Shown here in pieces: positions 27,037 to 38,429 of a stretch of DNA of 64,000 bases. Numbering within the stretch: position 1 is the first letter of the stretch; each line of letters opens with the position of its first letter. The notes under the pieces were generated by a model that was not told where the DNA came from, did no database searches, and saw only the letters and a program-made list of their open reading frames with translations. The stretch comes from Chrysomallon squamiferum (Eukaryota > Animalia > Mollusca), in NCBI GenBank assembly GCA_012295275.1, contig CM022671.1, positions 10,230,001 through 10,294,000 on the forward strand. Direction: 5' to 3'. The translations under genes and the position numbers were made by a program.

Positions 27037-27236
27037 NNNNNNNNNNNNNNNNNNNNNNNNNNNNNNNNNNNNNNNNNNNNNNNNNNNNNNNNNNNNNNNN
27101 NNNNNNNNNNNNNNNNNNNNNNNNNNNNNNNNNNNNNNNNNNNNNNNNNNNNNNNNNNNNNNNNNNNNNNNNNNNNNNNNNNNNNNNNNNNNNNNNNNNN
27201 NNNNNNNNNNNNNNNNNNNNNNNNNNNNNNNNNNNN
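27037..27236. other. Assembly gap (200 N)
   Basis: Exactly 200 N, a typical fixed-size scaffolding gap. Confidence 1.
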
Positions 27237-27329
27237 TGATCTGCTCTGGCATCATTAAGAAAATAGAGAATGGGAACAAGAACATCAAAGCTATCATCAC
27301 TGCTCTTCAAAAACATAGAACATAAATTT
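27237..27329 (-). CDS. HID1: HID1 exon 11 (KFMFY/LKSSD..DVLVPILYFLNDARAD), truncated by the gap
   Basis: Signature LVPILYFLNDARAD runs into the N gap; remaining exons absent from window. Confidence 0.9.
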
Positions 27330-27565
27330 CTGGAAAATAAAATTTAAAAATAAATAAATAAAGGATAACTATACTGAAAGAAAACATTTTATGTACTGAA
27401 TCTAAAAATCCGAAGGTAAATGCATAAAGGTTATAAATTAATTTTTTTCCTAATGTTTCCCTAACAAAATATAAATTATAATGTCTTTTCTTAAAAACAA
27501 TAATTTTACATATTCATTTAAAAATAAATAAATGCAATTCAAAGACTATAGTAATTAGTTAATAC

Positions 27566-27709
27566 CTTATTGATGTCACACATCTTCCAAAACAAGACTA
27601 GAAGTTCCTGATGAAACTGGATTTTCTTACATGAACCTTGGTAGGTAGGTCTGAGTCAGAGGGTTGTTTAACAATCGAAAGTGATGCCTTTCAGTATGAA
27701 AACCAAAAA
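27566..27709 (-). CDS. HID1: HID1 exon 10 (FILKGIT/RLLNNPLTQTYLP/GSCKKIQFHQELLVLFWKMCDINK), frameshifted
   Basis: Signature KKIQFHQELLVLFWK; GT donor. Confidence 0.92.
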
Positions 27710-28101
27710 CTTAAAACAAAACCGCTACACTTTAGTATTTTCCTTCAACATAATAAAACTTCAAAAGAAAAATATTTCAGTATTTTTGAAAAATCATTAT
27801 TCACAATGAAATATAATTAAAATTAAAACTAAAAAATAATAAAAGTTATCAATTTGAGCTTGCATCTATTACAATTAAGCAAAAATTATTATTTATGATT
27901 TTTCTGAAATTCTGAGTTATTTAGAGATTCATGTACAATATAATGAATATAATCACTGAAGTTCTGTTGATAGTGTGTAACATTCATAAAATGATTTTCT
28001 TTATAATATATTTTATTAATAAAAATAAATTTATATATTTGAGAATTCTGTTAACATGATTAATCCATACATGTATGTATGTGATTAAGTACAAAACATA
28101 C

Positions 28102-28161
28102 CTTTCTCTATGGACTCTTGACAGATAGTTCACACAAAAGAGATTGTCAGGTCCACTCACT
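28102..28161 (-). CDS. HID1: HID1 exon 9 (GPDNLF/VNYLSRVHRE), frameshifted
   Basis: Corresponds to GPENLFVNYLSRIHREE; AG/GT boundaries. Confidence 0.88.
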
Positions 28162-28395
28162 CTGCAGAATTGTAAACAATGAAAGACATTAAAATATTAA
28201 TGGAATCACATTTTATTTATTTAATAATTTTTTTTTAAATATTTTACTTTTACAAAGGTAATACTGATTTATTAATACAACAAACAAACAAAACAAACAA
28301 ACAGAAAAATAGATTACCTGAGTGACTTTCTCTGTATGTTTTCAACAAAATAAATAAAAAATATTCTCAAAGCAAATGAAAACTTGTCAGCTACT

Positions 28396-28618
28396 TCTGC
28401 TCCATGGCAGTTCCAGTGCTAGTCGTACCATCCAATCGACATATTCTGATTGACCAAAGTTTATTCTCCAGTGTGACACACAAAAACCTGAAGTGCTATC
28501 TCAACCATTGGTTCACGGGTGTAATGCTAAACATCAGATGGTTGTATGGGAACCCCAAAGCCAACAGGAAGGAAAACACACCAAGTTCAGAAGTGATGTA
28601 AATAATGGAAGTGCATTG
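28396..28618 (-). CDS. HID1: HID1 exon 8 (ALPLFTSLLN..PYNHLMFS..REPMVEIALQV..DGTTSTGTAMEQ), many indels
   Basis: Peptide blocks in alternating frames match HID1; boundaries approximate. Confidence 0.85.
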
Positions 28619-28815
28619 CTCAGATAATCAGAAATAATTTATAAATAACTATTTATAAATAAATAATAAAATTGATAAATCATCAAAAATTAATGCAAAG
28701 AAAATACTATAAGCATGGTGTTTCATGTAAATAGAACAAAGCAATACTGCCTGAGAAACAGTATTTTAATTAGCTAATAACATGATAACAAAACTGAGTC
28801 AAGTCATAATGTTAC

Positions 28816-28870
28816 CTGTTCTCAGCTGAAGTGAAATAATGAATCCATGGATGTGAATTAGAGCATCCGC
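28816..28870 (-). CDS. HID1: HID1 exon 7 (PWIHYFTSAENR), acceptor corrupted
   Basis: Corresponds to NPWVQFFCSTENR; GT donor present; acceptor side approximate. Confidence 0.75.
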
Positions 28871-29253
28871 CACAATAAAATAATTCATTAAAGTAAAATA
28901 TTTCTGGCAATATCATCGCATCAATACACATCTTTTAATTAAAAATTTAAATATAAAGATCAAAATTGTTTTTATCTATTCTGCAAATATACTGCTACAG
29001 CTTTATTTTCAATTATAACAGCTGTCATTTTGAAATTTTAAAAATATAAGACAAAATAATTTATTCTTATAGCTGTAACAATATTTCAGTGTCAGGAAAA
29101 CTAATCTCATCACAACTATAAAATACACAAAACACAACCTGAAATTGTGAAATTACCAATTACAACATGTAATTACAAAATACTTAATATCCAAACTGTT
29201 TTAATTTCAAATCTAAAAACTGATTAACAGTTAAATGATAGTAACAATCTCAC

Positions 29254-29419
29254 CAACTGATTGGAAGATACATGGTCTCAGAGAAACAGGTCAGTAAGAG
29301 TTTGAGAATGTCAGTTCTGTTTTGTTCATGGCACTGTTGTGGAGGGGGAGTGCAAATCCAACACCAGCTTCCCATATGTATTCACAGCTGTCTATAGACA
29401 TCATGTCTTCCTGATTATC
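29254..29419 (-). CDS. HID1: HID1 exon 6 (SIDSCEYIWEAGVGFA..LKLLLTCFSETMYLP), frameshifted
   Basis: Signature DSCEYIWEAGVGFA; AG/GT boundaries. Confidence 0.92.
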
Positions 29420-29745
29420 CTTAAAAAGATATACATCCATTTTATTTTTACTGACAGCTGAATGAGGATATGTAAATATTTCCCTGTAAATTGTGCATAT
29501 AAAACTAAACTTCAATGATTTGTTTTTATTACTTTAAATACAGAATGTAATGTATTTTAATCTTTTATGTAACTATAATTCTATGTAAAATGGAAATGAC
29601 TTGCAACCTATATTTATATGTAGATGGTATGAAGATGAAAGGTAAAGACAGTGTATAAAAATACACTGTTAAAAAACAAGATTTTCAGTTCTCATTATCT
29701 AATGTCAGTTATGTTATAATACATTATTTCTACTCTAATACTTAC

Positions 29746-29799
29746 AGGTCCCTGCTTTCTATTAGATGATACTGTGAATTCTGACAAAACAGCAAAATC
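29746..29799 (-). CDS. HID1: HID1 exon 5 (DLLFC[P]EFTVSSNRKQGP), +1/-1 indel pair
   Basis: AG/GT boundaries; corresponds to DLLFCPDFTV. Confidence 0.85.
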
Positions 29800-30088
29800 C
29801 TAATTTTTAGAAAACAACAAAACAACATGTATTAATTTGTATTAATCAACTTTTATATTATTTTCAATATTGTCACATAAGTAAACATAATAAACTAAAC
29901 TATCTAAATCACAAAAAACCCATACCATTTTTTCTTTTTTCTTGTGATCTACATATTATAAATCTCCTCATGGTAAACTAATGTTATTGTTGTTAGTTTT
30001 GGGGTTTTTGTTGTAAAAGATTAAAGAATATTTAATACAAAATCATAATATCCAAGAATTATTTAGTTTTACTACAAACATTACTTAC

Positions 30089-30134
30089 AGACAAAGCATT
30101 GAGCAAACTCCTGGGCCAGTGGTGGACTTTCAGC
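30089..30134 (-). CDS. HID1: HID1 exon 4 (AESPPLAQSLLNALS), +1 indel
   Basis: AG/GT boundaries; corresponds to PLAESLLLAIA. Confidence 0.85.
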
Positions 30135-30337
30135 CTGTAGAAACAAAATACATTAGTAAAATAAATATAGACACAAAAGTCAAATGATCCAAAAAATATT
30201 GTTTTTCCAAACTGAATGTTAATTATTTATATCTAAAAATCGGGTTGATTAACATATCATATTAATTATCGATTAATTCTGTTTTAATTTTTAAAAGAGT
30301 AACATGACAAATCACATTCAGATATGAACTAAATTAC

Positions 30338-30447
30338 CTCCCCTTCTTCTCCATGACTAGGAAGTGTGGACCAGAAAAAATCCTCGCCAATCTGGATCTT
30401 CAAAAATGTATGCAATATCCTGGTTAGAAGACGTACACAGTTTAATA
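30338..30447 (-). CDS. HID1: HID1 exon 3 (VLNCVRLLTRIL[P]YIFEDPDWRGFFWSTLP), with -1/+1 indel pair
   Basis: AG/GT boundaries; conserved YIFEDPDWRG lies in a shifted frame. Confidence 0.9.
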
Positions 30448-30695
30448 CTGAAAAAAAAAAAACATATTTCATCATTTTGCAGTCCAGTTTTTAAAATTAT
30501 TTAGAATTTATGAAATATTTTTATTACCAGAGAATAAAACAATTCATCTAAATTTCCTTTGAAATAATTAAACTGTCAAATTACAAAGCACCGAAATTCT
30601 TCAAATAAGGGCACATTTTTTAAAATTTCTTTAATACTACTGTTATTTTTTTTTTTTTTCACTTGTGTTATAATTTTAAATGCAAAACCATATAC

Positions 30696-30909
30696 CTGTT
30701 TGTTGTTCTCTATGTGAAGGACAGCCACTTTCTGCTGCAGCAACTAATTTTTCCACTGCCTTGTAGCAAAGTGTTGCCAAATTTGATGGAGACTCTTCTC
30801 TCAGAGCTCTGATCTCAGCTGCTGGTATCAGTGTAAATACATCCTGTACACAAGTCACACTCTCTGACCAAAACTGCTCCCAGAAAGCTTCATCATTTGC
30901 CTCAATTGG
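30696..30909 (-). CDS. HID1: HID1 exon 2 (PIEANDEAFWEQFW..EIRALREESPSNLATLCYKAVEKLV..QT)
   Basis: Open frame, AG/GT boundaries, strong HID1 match. Confidence 0.95.
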
Positions 30910-32139
30910 CTAAATCAAAAGAAATATACAGTAATTAATTACAAAATATATTCTATGATTTTTGCACCTAGTGATATTTTAGCATAAAATATAAAATTAT
31001 AAAACTAAAAACTAAAACATTAAACAGTGATAAAAAATAATTTAATATTAAGTTATTAGTTTGCAAAATCAAATGGTTAACATTACAGCATATGACTTTA
31101 TTATAATTTTGAGGTTTTAAAATCTATTAAATGCTGATCATGTTAATAAATACAATAAGATGTGAGTCTAGTGCTGAAAAGTAATAATCAGCTATTTGTT
31201 TTCACCACTTAAAATAAGACAGCTTTAATCAGCTTTAGTTTGTATCAAGACAAAAACAAATTAATAAGTATATTCAAATTATTTGTTTTATTTTGCTGTA
31301 AAAATTCACATTTGGTATATAATTTTAATGACTGGCAAACAGAAGGATGACAGATCAAAGATTATTAAAATAAGAATGTAAGTATCTGTGAATTAAAGGC
31401 AATGTCATAAAAGTGGTGATCTGAGGAATTTCCCTAAAAATTATTACTCCATTATAAGGTGGCTTATAAACTTTTATGGTCAGCTGAAAGTTGCTGACTG
31501 ACCAGAGCTGAATGTCTCATGTCTGGGTTTTTTGTTTATATGTGTGGACACACTAGAGAATGGTGATTGTCCAAAGCCAGGATATAATTAAAAACAAGAA
31601 AAAAAAAAACATTCAATGAGACCTGGAAGCATTGAAACAGAAGTATCTGAACTGTTGCCACAAAAAATCCTGGGAATGAACCTGTGGTGTTATGACTGGA
31701 CTTTTTGATGTGGATTACTACACAGTTTGCTCAACAAATTACAACAGGTCCAGAATACAGCAACACACATTATGACCAAGATCTCATGCTACAATCACCG
31801 TTTGCCAGTTCTAGGATACAGTATAAGCTCCTGTTCAATATGTACAATGCCTTGAACAACTCTTCCTGCAGTAAACATTTTAGTTTATCATTTCACACTG
31901 TAAAAGCAACCTTGAACATACTTAGTATGGAAAGGATGTTATACAAGTATGATATAATAATAAAAAATAAACAGGCCTTAGATTGGCAACTGAGAGTATC
32001 TGCTGAGAAAAATATATTTAAAATGAAAGTTCTTGGAGAGGTTGCTTGTAATCACTGTACGAAGAGGTACATTAAACTAGTTAATGAGTATGAATAAATT
32101 AATGTTAATACAAATAATAATTTTGTTGAATTTATATAT

Positions 32140-32162
32140 ATGTGTGTGTGTGTGTGTGTGTG

Positions 32163-32223
<61 letters not shown>
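32140..32223. repeat. (TG)n microsatellite in HID1 intron 1
   Basis: Direct reading. Confidence 0.95.
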
Positions 32224-32224
<1 letters not shown>

Positions 32225-32684
32225 GGAGCTTCTTTTTCCCATTTTTATAGCACGAGAGAAAACCGACTGCCACCATATCAGAAGTTTCTCTTATCAGTCA
32301 GGAAAGTATCGTTCATTGATAAGAAATCACATACCACTACTAGTACCAGTCAATGTCATATTCAATTATATTGATAACAAGATGCGTCGCAATCGCATTG
32401 GTTGCAGCAGGATTTGTACATGATTATTAACATTATGGAGATTACATCATACATGAATATATTTATAAATAAAATTCAAAAAGATAAAACATTTAAGAGA
32501 CAAAGGTACAATGACATATGGTAGATAAACTGATATGGTTCAAATATAGAGCTACTTTATTGATTAATTTGGTCAGTGCTCGGCAGAAAATGAGTGAAAA
32601 TCTTGTTTCGAACCTGACATAGAAAACTGAAACTACACAAACCTAGTAACATAAAAATCTGACAGTTAATTTATTTGATAGTAC

Positions 32685-32750
32685 CTGTGTTTTAGTTGTT
32701 AACTGAATGACAGCTTTTCTGAAATTGAGTTTGGTATCTGCATTTCCCAT
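32685..32750 (-). CDS. HID1: HID1 exon 1 (MGNADTKLNFRKAVIQLTTKTQ)
   Basis: ATG at 32750, myristoylation-type MG start, closely matches recalled human MGSTDSKLNFRKAVIQLTTKTQ; GT donor, phase 0. Confidence 0.95.
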
Positions 32751-32880
32751 TGTTTTCAGCTACTATCCAAAAGCAGCCGATTTCAGAAAACAGGAACTAC
32801 GTCAAGGAAAGAATATCGGTCGGAATAAATCGGATATTTTCGTTAAACGCGGAAAATACCGATGATTACCGAATATGTAA
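32751..32880 (-). promoter_or_regulatory. Likely HID1 5' UTR / core promoter
   Basis: Local CpG cluster directly upstream of the ATG in otherwise CpG-poor DNA. Confidence 0.5.
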
Positions 32881-34164
32881 AAGGTAATAAAATATGACGA
32901 ATTAGAATTGTTTTTCTCTATCTCTCTCTCTCTCTAAAAATGATGCATGCCTGTTGGAAAATCCTGATAATTTCATAAATAATTTGACTGATAATGACAT
33001 CCCTTTCCATTACAATAATGTCACCTTGTGTTCTCAGTTCATTTATAAAAAATGGGTATTTAATACTGTACTTCAACAAACTGATACATCAACTGGGATT
33101 TCCTGACCTAGTTCTATCTCATATCAAATGCAGCCTAAAACTGAATCTATTAAAAGATACAGCATATATACACCTCAAACAAAATTTGGTTAATATATGC
33201 ATATAGGAGGCAGTCTGTAACTAGAAAAAATATAACTTAAAATTACAAGTTTGTGAAGATGCATTGCATCTGAGATTTTTTCTTATGGCATTACTTCAAC
33301 AATCAAGATATATAACAATATCTGACAGACTTAAAAACTTTGTAAGGATTTATTAGGTTTTTGTGAGTGTATGTCTGCTGATCTTTTTTCTTATGAGGTA
33401 AAGAAAAACAGAACAGATTTTATGTATCTTGTTATTTTATTGTGATAATTTATCAGTAGTACAGATACGTCACAGGTATCGAATAAGACAATCACTAACA
33501 AGTATACAAAATGTATTTAGACCATAGTACAGATGAAACGTACATTAGCCATAACAGTTTCCATTCCACTTCCTAACAAAGGTAATCTTTTTTTTTTAGT
33601 TTTCTTTTTTTAACTATTATTTTATAACATTTCACTTTATCAACTTGATTTCTGAATTTATGCATAATTAATAATTTATCATAATTTTGCTTATAAATGG
33701 GTTAGTTTATTTTAAGAAAGGTAGGTAGCACAATTGGGTGTCCTTTGTATCACATTACTATTAAAAATTAACTGTTATGTTTCAGGAAACTGATACTTTT
33801 ATGTGCTAATTTATGTTTTCATTATTACTTTCAGTTAACAATACAATTTTCAGCAGTAAAAATTTGTTCACCCATTCTTCTGTAATAAAGATAAAATGTT
33901 TACAAATTTAGAATGATCTGAAAATGCATCATGAAGTTACCATGTATTTCCAAAGTGTGCAACAATGCAACTAAGAAATTTGCAAAGACTGCATCACTCA
34001 TTTGGCTTTTATTTTGGTCTGCAAAATAAAAATTGTCAGATTTTCTTGCATTTTTCTTCTTCAGATTTCCAGTTGTTCAGCCATATTTGAACAGATGAAT
34101 GTGTTTTGTCGTCATCTAAACAATCCTAAAGGATTTAAGCAAGATTTCAGCTGCATAAAAATAT

Positions 34165-34170
34165 TTTATT
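34165..34170 (-). promoter_or_regulatory. Candidate DDX47 polyadenylation signal AATAAA
   Basis: First AATAAA shortly after the stop codon; motif is common in AT-rich DNA. Confidence 0.3.
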
Positions 34171-34187
34171 CAACATTTACAACATTG

Positions 34188-34306
34188 TCAATATTTGTTT
34201 CTCTTCTTAAATTTCTTCCTCACTCCTCTAGATTCCTCCATGTCATCATCATCATCGTCATGGTGATGGCGTTTCTTCTTCTTCCCTGAACTCCATCACT
34301 CATCTC
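34188..34306 (-). CDS. DDX47: DDX47 last coding exon (EMSD/SGKKKKRHHHDDDDDDMEESRGVRKKFKKRNKY*)
   Basis: AG acceptor, basic/acidic tail with GVRKK, TGA at 34188-34190; one -1 indel. Confidence 0.85.
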
Positions 34307-34697
34307 CTACAAAATGACATATTTTAACATTTTGAAATTATTTTTGTCTCTTTACCACATCTAACTGTAGACATATAAAATACACCAAATGGTAAATTAA
34401 TTTGTTACAGTTATTATCAAAATGGAACAATAGAATAAAAAGATTTTCAATACTAATAGGTTTCATGGAATAAATTATCAACATGACAATCCTATGTTAG
34501 CAGTAATTAATTTTTCTTCATAAATAAAATTTCAATTTCAGAAGGAAGTATTTTAACACTGCAATTTTATCTGCATCAGTGCTGGGAAAAGAAATTATTT
34601 TTTCATTCACTAAAATCCTATAACTTATTACATTATCTGTGCATATGAAATGATGTAATTCAAAACATTTTCTTTAAAATTAATGATTATAGCCTAC

Positions 34698-34826
34698 CAT
34701 TTTGCATGTCTCTGTGCCTCACTGACTCTCTCCATGAGTAACATAACTTCCTCTTCTTCTGTTTTAAATAATGGCAGCTGCTTCCCTATTAGATGTTCTA
34801 TCCTCTGGTACAGCTCAACATCAGAT
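34698..34826 (-). CDS. DDX47: DDX47 exon (DVELYQRIEHLIGKQLPLFKTEEEEVMLLMERVSEAQRHAK)
   Basis: DDX47-specific C-terminal segment; one A short before the donor. Confidence 0.92.
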
Positions 34827-35450
34827 CTTTAACAAAAATTAAATAAATAAATAGAAAGCGTAAAATTAATTTCTGCTGTGCCTAATATTAAATTACTTTA
34901 CCAATAACAAAATAAAGGGATATGTTTTAGAAATGAATAGAGATCACTGAAATTTGCATACCAATTCACAACACAATAATGAATAAAACTCATATTTTTA
35001 CTTGGTAACATATATAACTTTGTGTGTTTTGAGCTTCTTAAAATGTTTATAAATGTACATTAGTGACTGAAAACTGGCTAACCATTCTGTTTAATAAAAT
35101 GAGAATCCCATAGGCATTTCAAATATTACCAGATTCCAAGATACTTACTCTCACTGCCAATATTTAGTTTTGAATTTTTTTAAGACATTACCAAAAATCT
35201 GGTTTAATTCACCAATATTTTGAAAACATGGCTAATTTACTGAAAATAATGTTTTGTCAACACAATACTTTGTTTGACAATATGGTGATCTACTAGTCTA
35301 GGCTGATAGTTTAATTCTTTATCCATTCAATCCATTGTTAACTGGTTCCCATAACTCTCAAATTATTTTACTACCACTTCCATTTATCTGCCATTAAAAG
35401 ATTAGTAAAAAAATGTTAAAATATGAACATCAAGTGCTGACTGTACTCAC

Positions 35451-35582
35451 TGTGTAACAAATGTGATTGCTTTTCCCGATCTTCCTGCTCGAGCAGTTCG
35501 GGCCTACTCTATGTATGTAATCCTTAGAGGAGTGGGGATGTCCAGGTTAATAATCACATCAACATGAGGAATATCTAAACCC
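35451..35582 (-). CDS. DDX47: DDX47 exon (GLDIPHVDVIINLDIPT/SKDYIHRVG/RTARAGRSGKAITFVTQ), -1/+1 indel pair
   Basis: Motif VI HRVGRTARAG; AG/GT boundaries. Confidence 0.93.
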
Positions 35583-35956
35583 CTGAAATTTTAAATAATA
35601 ACACGAAAATGTGAAAAATCTTAAAACCTGAAACAACAAATAATAAAATCAACATGCAGCATGTCTAAATCCTTGAAATCTTAAAATACTAAAATTTCTG
35701 AAATTTTCAATGACATCAGTGTGAACAATGTCTAAATCATTGAAATTTTAAATGTATTAAATTTATTTGAAATCTTACTAAATGTTTATTAAGGAATGTC
35801 CCATCACGAGACATTTTATGATGATAAAAGCAGGAGGAAAATTGATAACACTGATTTTCTGGATTAATTTGATCAACATCTCAGATTTATAATATTAAGA
35901 TTAATATGATTGATCTTAATAAAATTAGTGAACAGACTGATAAGAAAATAACCAAC

Positions 35957-36033
35957 CTGCTGGCTACATCAGTGGCTATGAGAATAGACCGGTTTTTACT
36001 TTTGAATTTGTTTAAAGATCCCAATCTTCTTGC
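35957..36033 (-). CDS. DDX47: DDX47 exon (ARRLGSLNKFKSKNRSILIATDVASR)
   Basis: Motif V ATDVASR; intact frame, AG/GT boundaries. Confidence 0.93.
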
Positions 36034-36282
36034 CTGAAAAATAAATAAAAAGATTCTCTAGTATTAATAGAATACAAACAGAAATAAAATGTTAAATACA
36101 TTAAGTTTACACAGATATTCTGACAAAGAAACAAAAACAGAGAATGTCTGACAAATCCAGTTTTATGAAATATGATGCAGCTGTAGGGGGAAACAGGCTG
36201 AACTGAAAAGAACTGATATGTCTATCATACTTTTACAGCGATTATGAAACTGAAAAATGATGAAGTAAAAAACGTAACAAAC

Positions 36283-36428
36283 CTGACTCATCTGTCCATG
36301 CAGGGTATGGCTGTAAATCCAAGATTTCTGAGCATCAAAGCAACTCGCTGTGTGTTGGCACATGTACTGCAGAAAATTATAAACTAATTGCCTGCCAGCT
36401 CATTCAGAATGTAGACTAAATATACATC
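36283..36428 (-). CDS. DDX47: DDX47 exon ([47 protein letters not shown])
   Basis: Motif IV and HGQMSQ; in-frame TAG and a -1 indel. Confidence 0.92.
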
Positions 36429-36826
36429 CTGTAAAATATAGTTTTATTTCTTTCTTTTTTTTTTTGAAACATAACAACAAACAACCTACTGCAAGAACTG
36501 TGGACCTGTTAATTCTATGTAACATTCCGTCCACCTATTTTATTTATTATTTATTTTTTATTTGTTTTTAATTTCATTTAGTTTTACTTTCGCGGTGTGT
36601 CTGTTCATATGCATTTCTCTTTTACTGGCAAGATTTATCCACTTTATGCTTAAGAAAAACAACTGTGTTGAGGTTAATGAATAAACAAGTTTTATATTAT
36701 TATTTATTTATTTATTTATTTAAAACAAACAAAAAAGACTATAATAAATTTTAGAATTTGTTATATAAATTTCTTTTGAATACCTTGATATGTAAATATG
36801 TTGTTTTAAATTTCCAATCCACTGAC

Positions 36827-36942
36827 CTTGAACTTGACTGGAATGAATATATATGACTGCTGCAGTTTCTGACTGTTTGGTATTTTGTTGAAACTTCAAC
36901 TTTGACTGGATTGCTTAAGGAGGCTCTTTGAAGTTTGGCAAC
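36827..36942 (-). CDS. DDX47: DDX47/Rrp3 helicase exon (VAKLQRASLSNPVKVEVSTKYQTV/KLQQSYIFIPVKFK), -1 indel; most 5' exon found
   Basis: Matches recalled DDX47 [37 protein letters not shown]/GT boundaries. Confidence 0.9.
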
Positions 36943-37464
36943 CTGAAAAATGCATGTCAGGTTTTTACTTAGTTTTAAGTGATGAATTTAAAAACAGATT
37001 TTCTAACATAGAAATATTTAAAACACTCAAAAAATGTTGATTTGATTTCTTCTATTATTATTATCTAGAATATTTAATTAAATTTTTAATCCATTTTTCT
37101 TCAAAATGTAATAAAAAATACATGTGTGTACTCTCTAAACAATTGCCTTGGTTGAATTTAAAAAGTGGAGATGATAAAAGACAAGTGAAAGATTTTTGTG
37201 AGTTGGTTATCAAATAAAACAATATATTTCCTTTCATGTGACTTGAAAACTATTCAGAAAAAGTACAAGCAATTACAGACTGATGAGACTCACAGGTACA
37301 AATAAGATAGAGCTAACTACTAATGAAGGTGTACAACTGTATTTCAGTACATATTAACTGATATCAGCTAATACACACACTGATGCACACCCACCACTCC
37401 CCCTGACTGTAACTTGTAACTATTCAACCTATCTGCATTCAAATAAACACTGACTGGCTGAACT

Positions 37465-37572
37465 TCAATACATATTTACTACCTCCAGTTAAATACACAT
37501 TCATCGACTGCAGTTCAATACATTTTACCAACTGCAGTTCAATATACATACATTTACTGCAGTATACATTAC
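37465..37572. repeat. Short degenerate tandem repeat (CAGTTCAATAYACATWT-like units)
   Basis: 4-5 imperfect units of ~24-28 bp. Confidence 0.6.
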
Positions 37573-37862
37573 AACTACGTCTGATCTGCATTTGATGAAG
37601 AATATAAACAACATAAAAAAATATATCTTCATTTTTTTTATCCCTTTTGTTTTTCCTGGTTACTTTATTGAACCACATAAATTTAGATATTAGTGTAGCA
37701 GAATATTTTAATTAAAGTCAATCTGAAGTTATTTGTTTTGTTTTGTTTTGTTGTTTTTGAATACAAATAATTAGTTATTTAAAGTAAAATATACAACCGT
37801 CTGGTGTGTTTATTTTTCAATGCTACATTTAAAACATGTGATATAATTTTTATTCTTCACCC

Positions 37863-37893
<31 letters not shown>

Positions 37894-38429
37894 ATTATTA
37901 ACCAATTAATTATATACAAGTTTGTCTGGTGTGCTTATTTCTAGGAATTAAACTGGCTTGTATTTTATATCAGCTTTTTCTCCTAAATACTTAAACATTA
38001 AATGATCAAAAATTATTTTAAAGTAACCATATTTCATTCATTAGTAATTAAATATATATATATATATGTTAATAATTTACCAGCAATTAGCATGACTTCA
38101 GCATTGAGTTAAAACTTTGATTAGTTTGCAAAATAACTGAAAAGTTTAAGATTTAAATTTTACTGTTACCATTATACACAATGGTTGTTGAAACTTGTTA
38201 AATATAAATTACCCTCAGGTTTGAATTTCAGATTTCCTATAATATAAAAAGTTAAAATGTAAAATGTATTAGTAGCATAGATTACAGACAGGCAGTTTCA
38301 CACTTGTGATGTCTCTTTGATTTTTGGTTTTTGTTTTGTGTCCTTTCCTGTTTTACGTTATAAATCTTTAATAGAAAATTCAAGTAGCCAAGAATACATG
38401 TTAATTTTTTATCTAATTTCATCTCACTG

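Noticed and set aside
26930-27316. ORFs spanning the N gap
   Set aside because: Artefacts of translating Ns; only the HID1 part at 27237-27329 is real
31705-32097. 130-aa plus-strand ORF
   Set aside because: Antisense within HID1 intron 1, no recognisable motif or splice support
27237-36942. Insertion/deletion RNA editing or programmed frameshifting to rescue HID1/DDX47
   Set aside because: Not known for metazoan nuclear genes at this density; indels involve all bases and a splice site, so sequencing error or decay is far simpler
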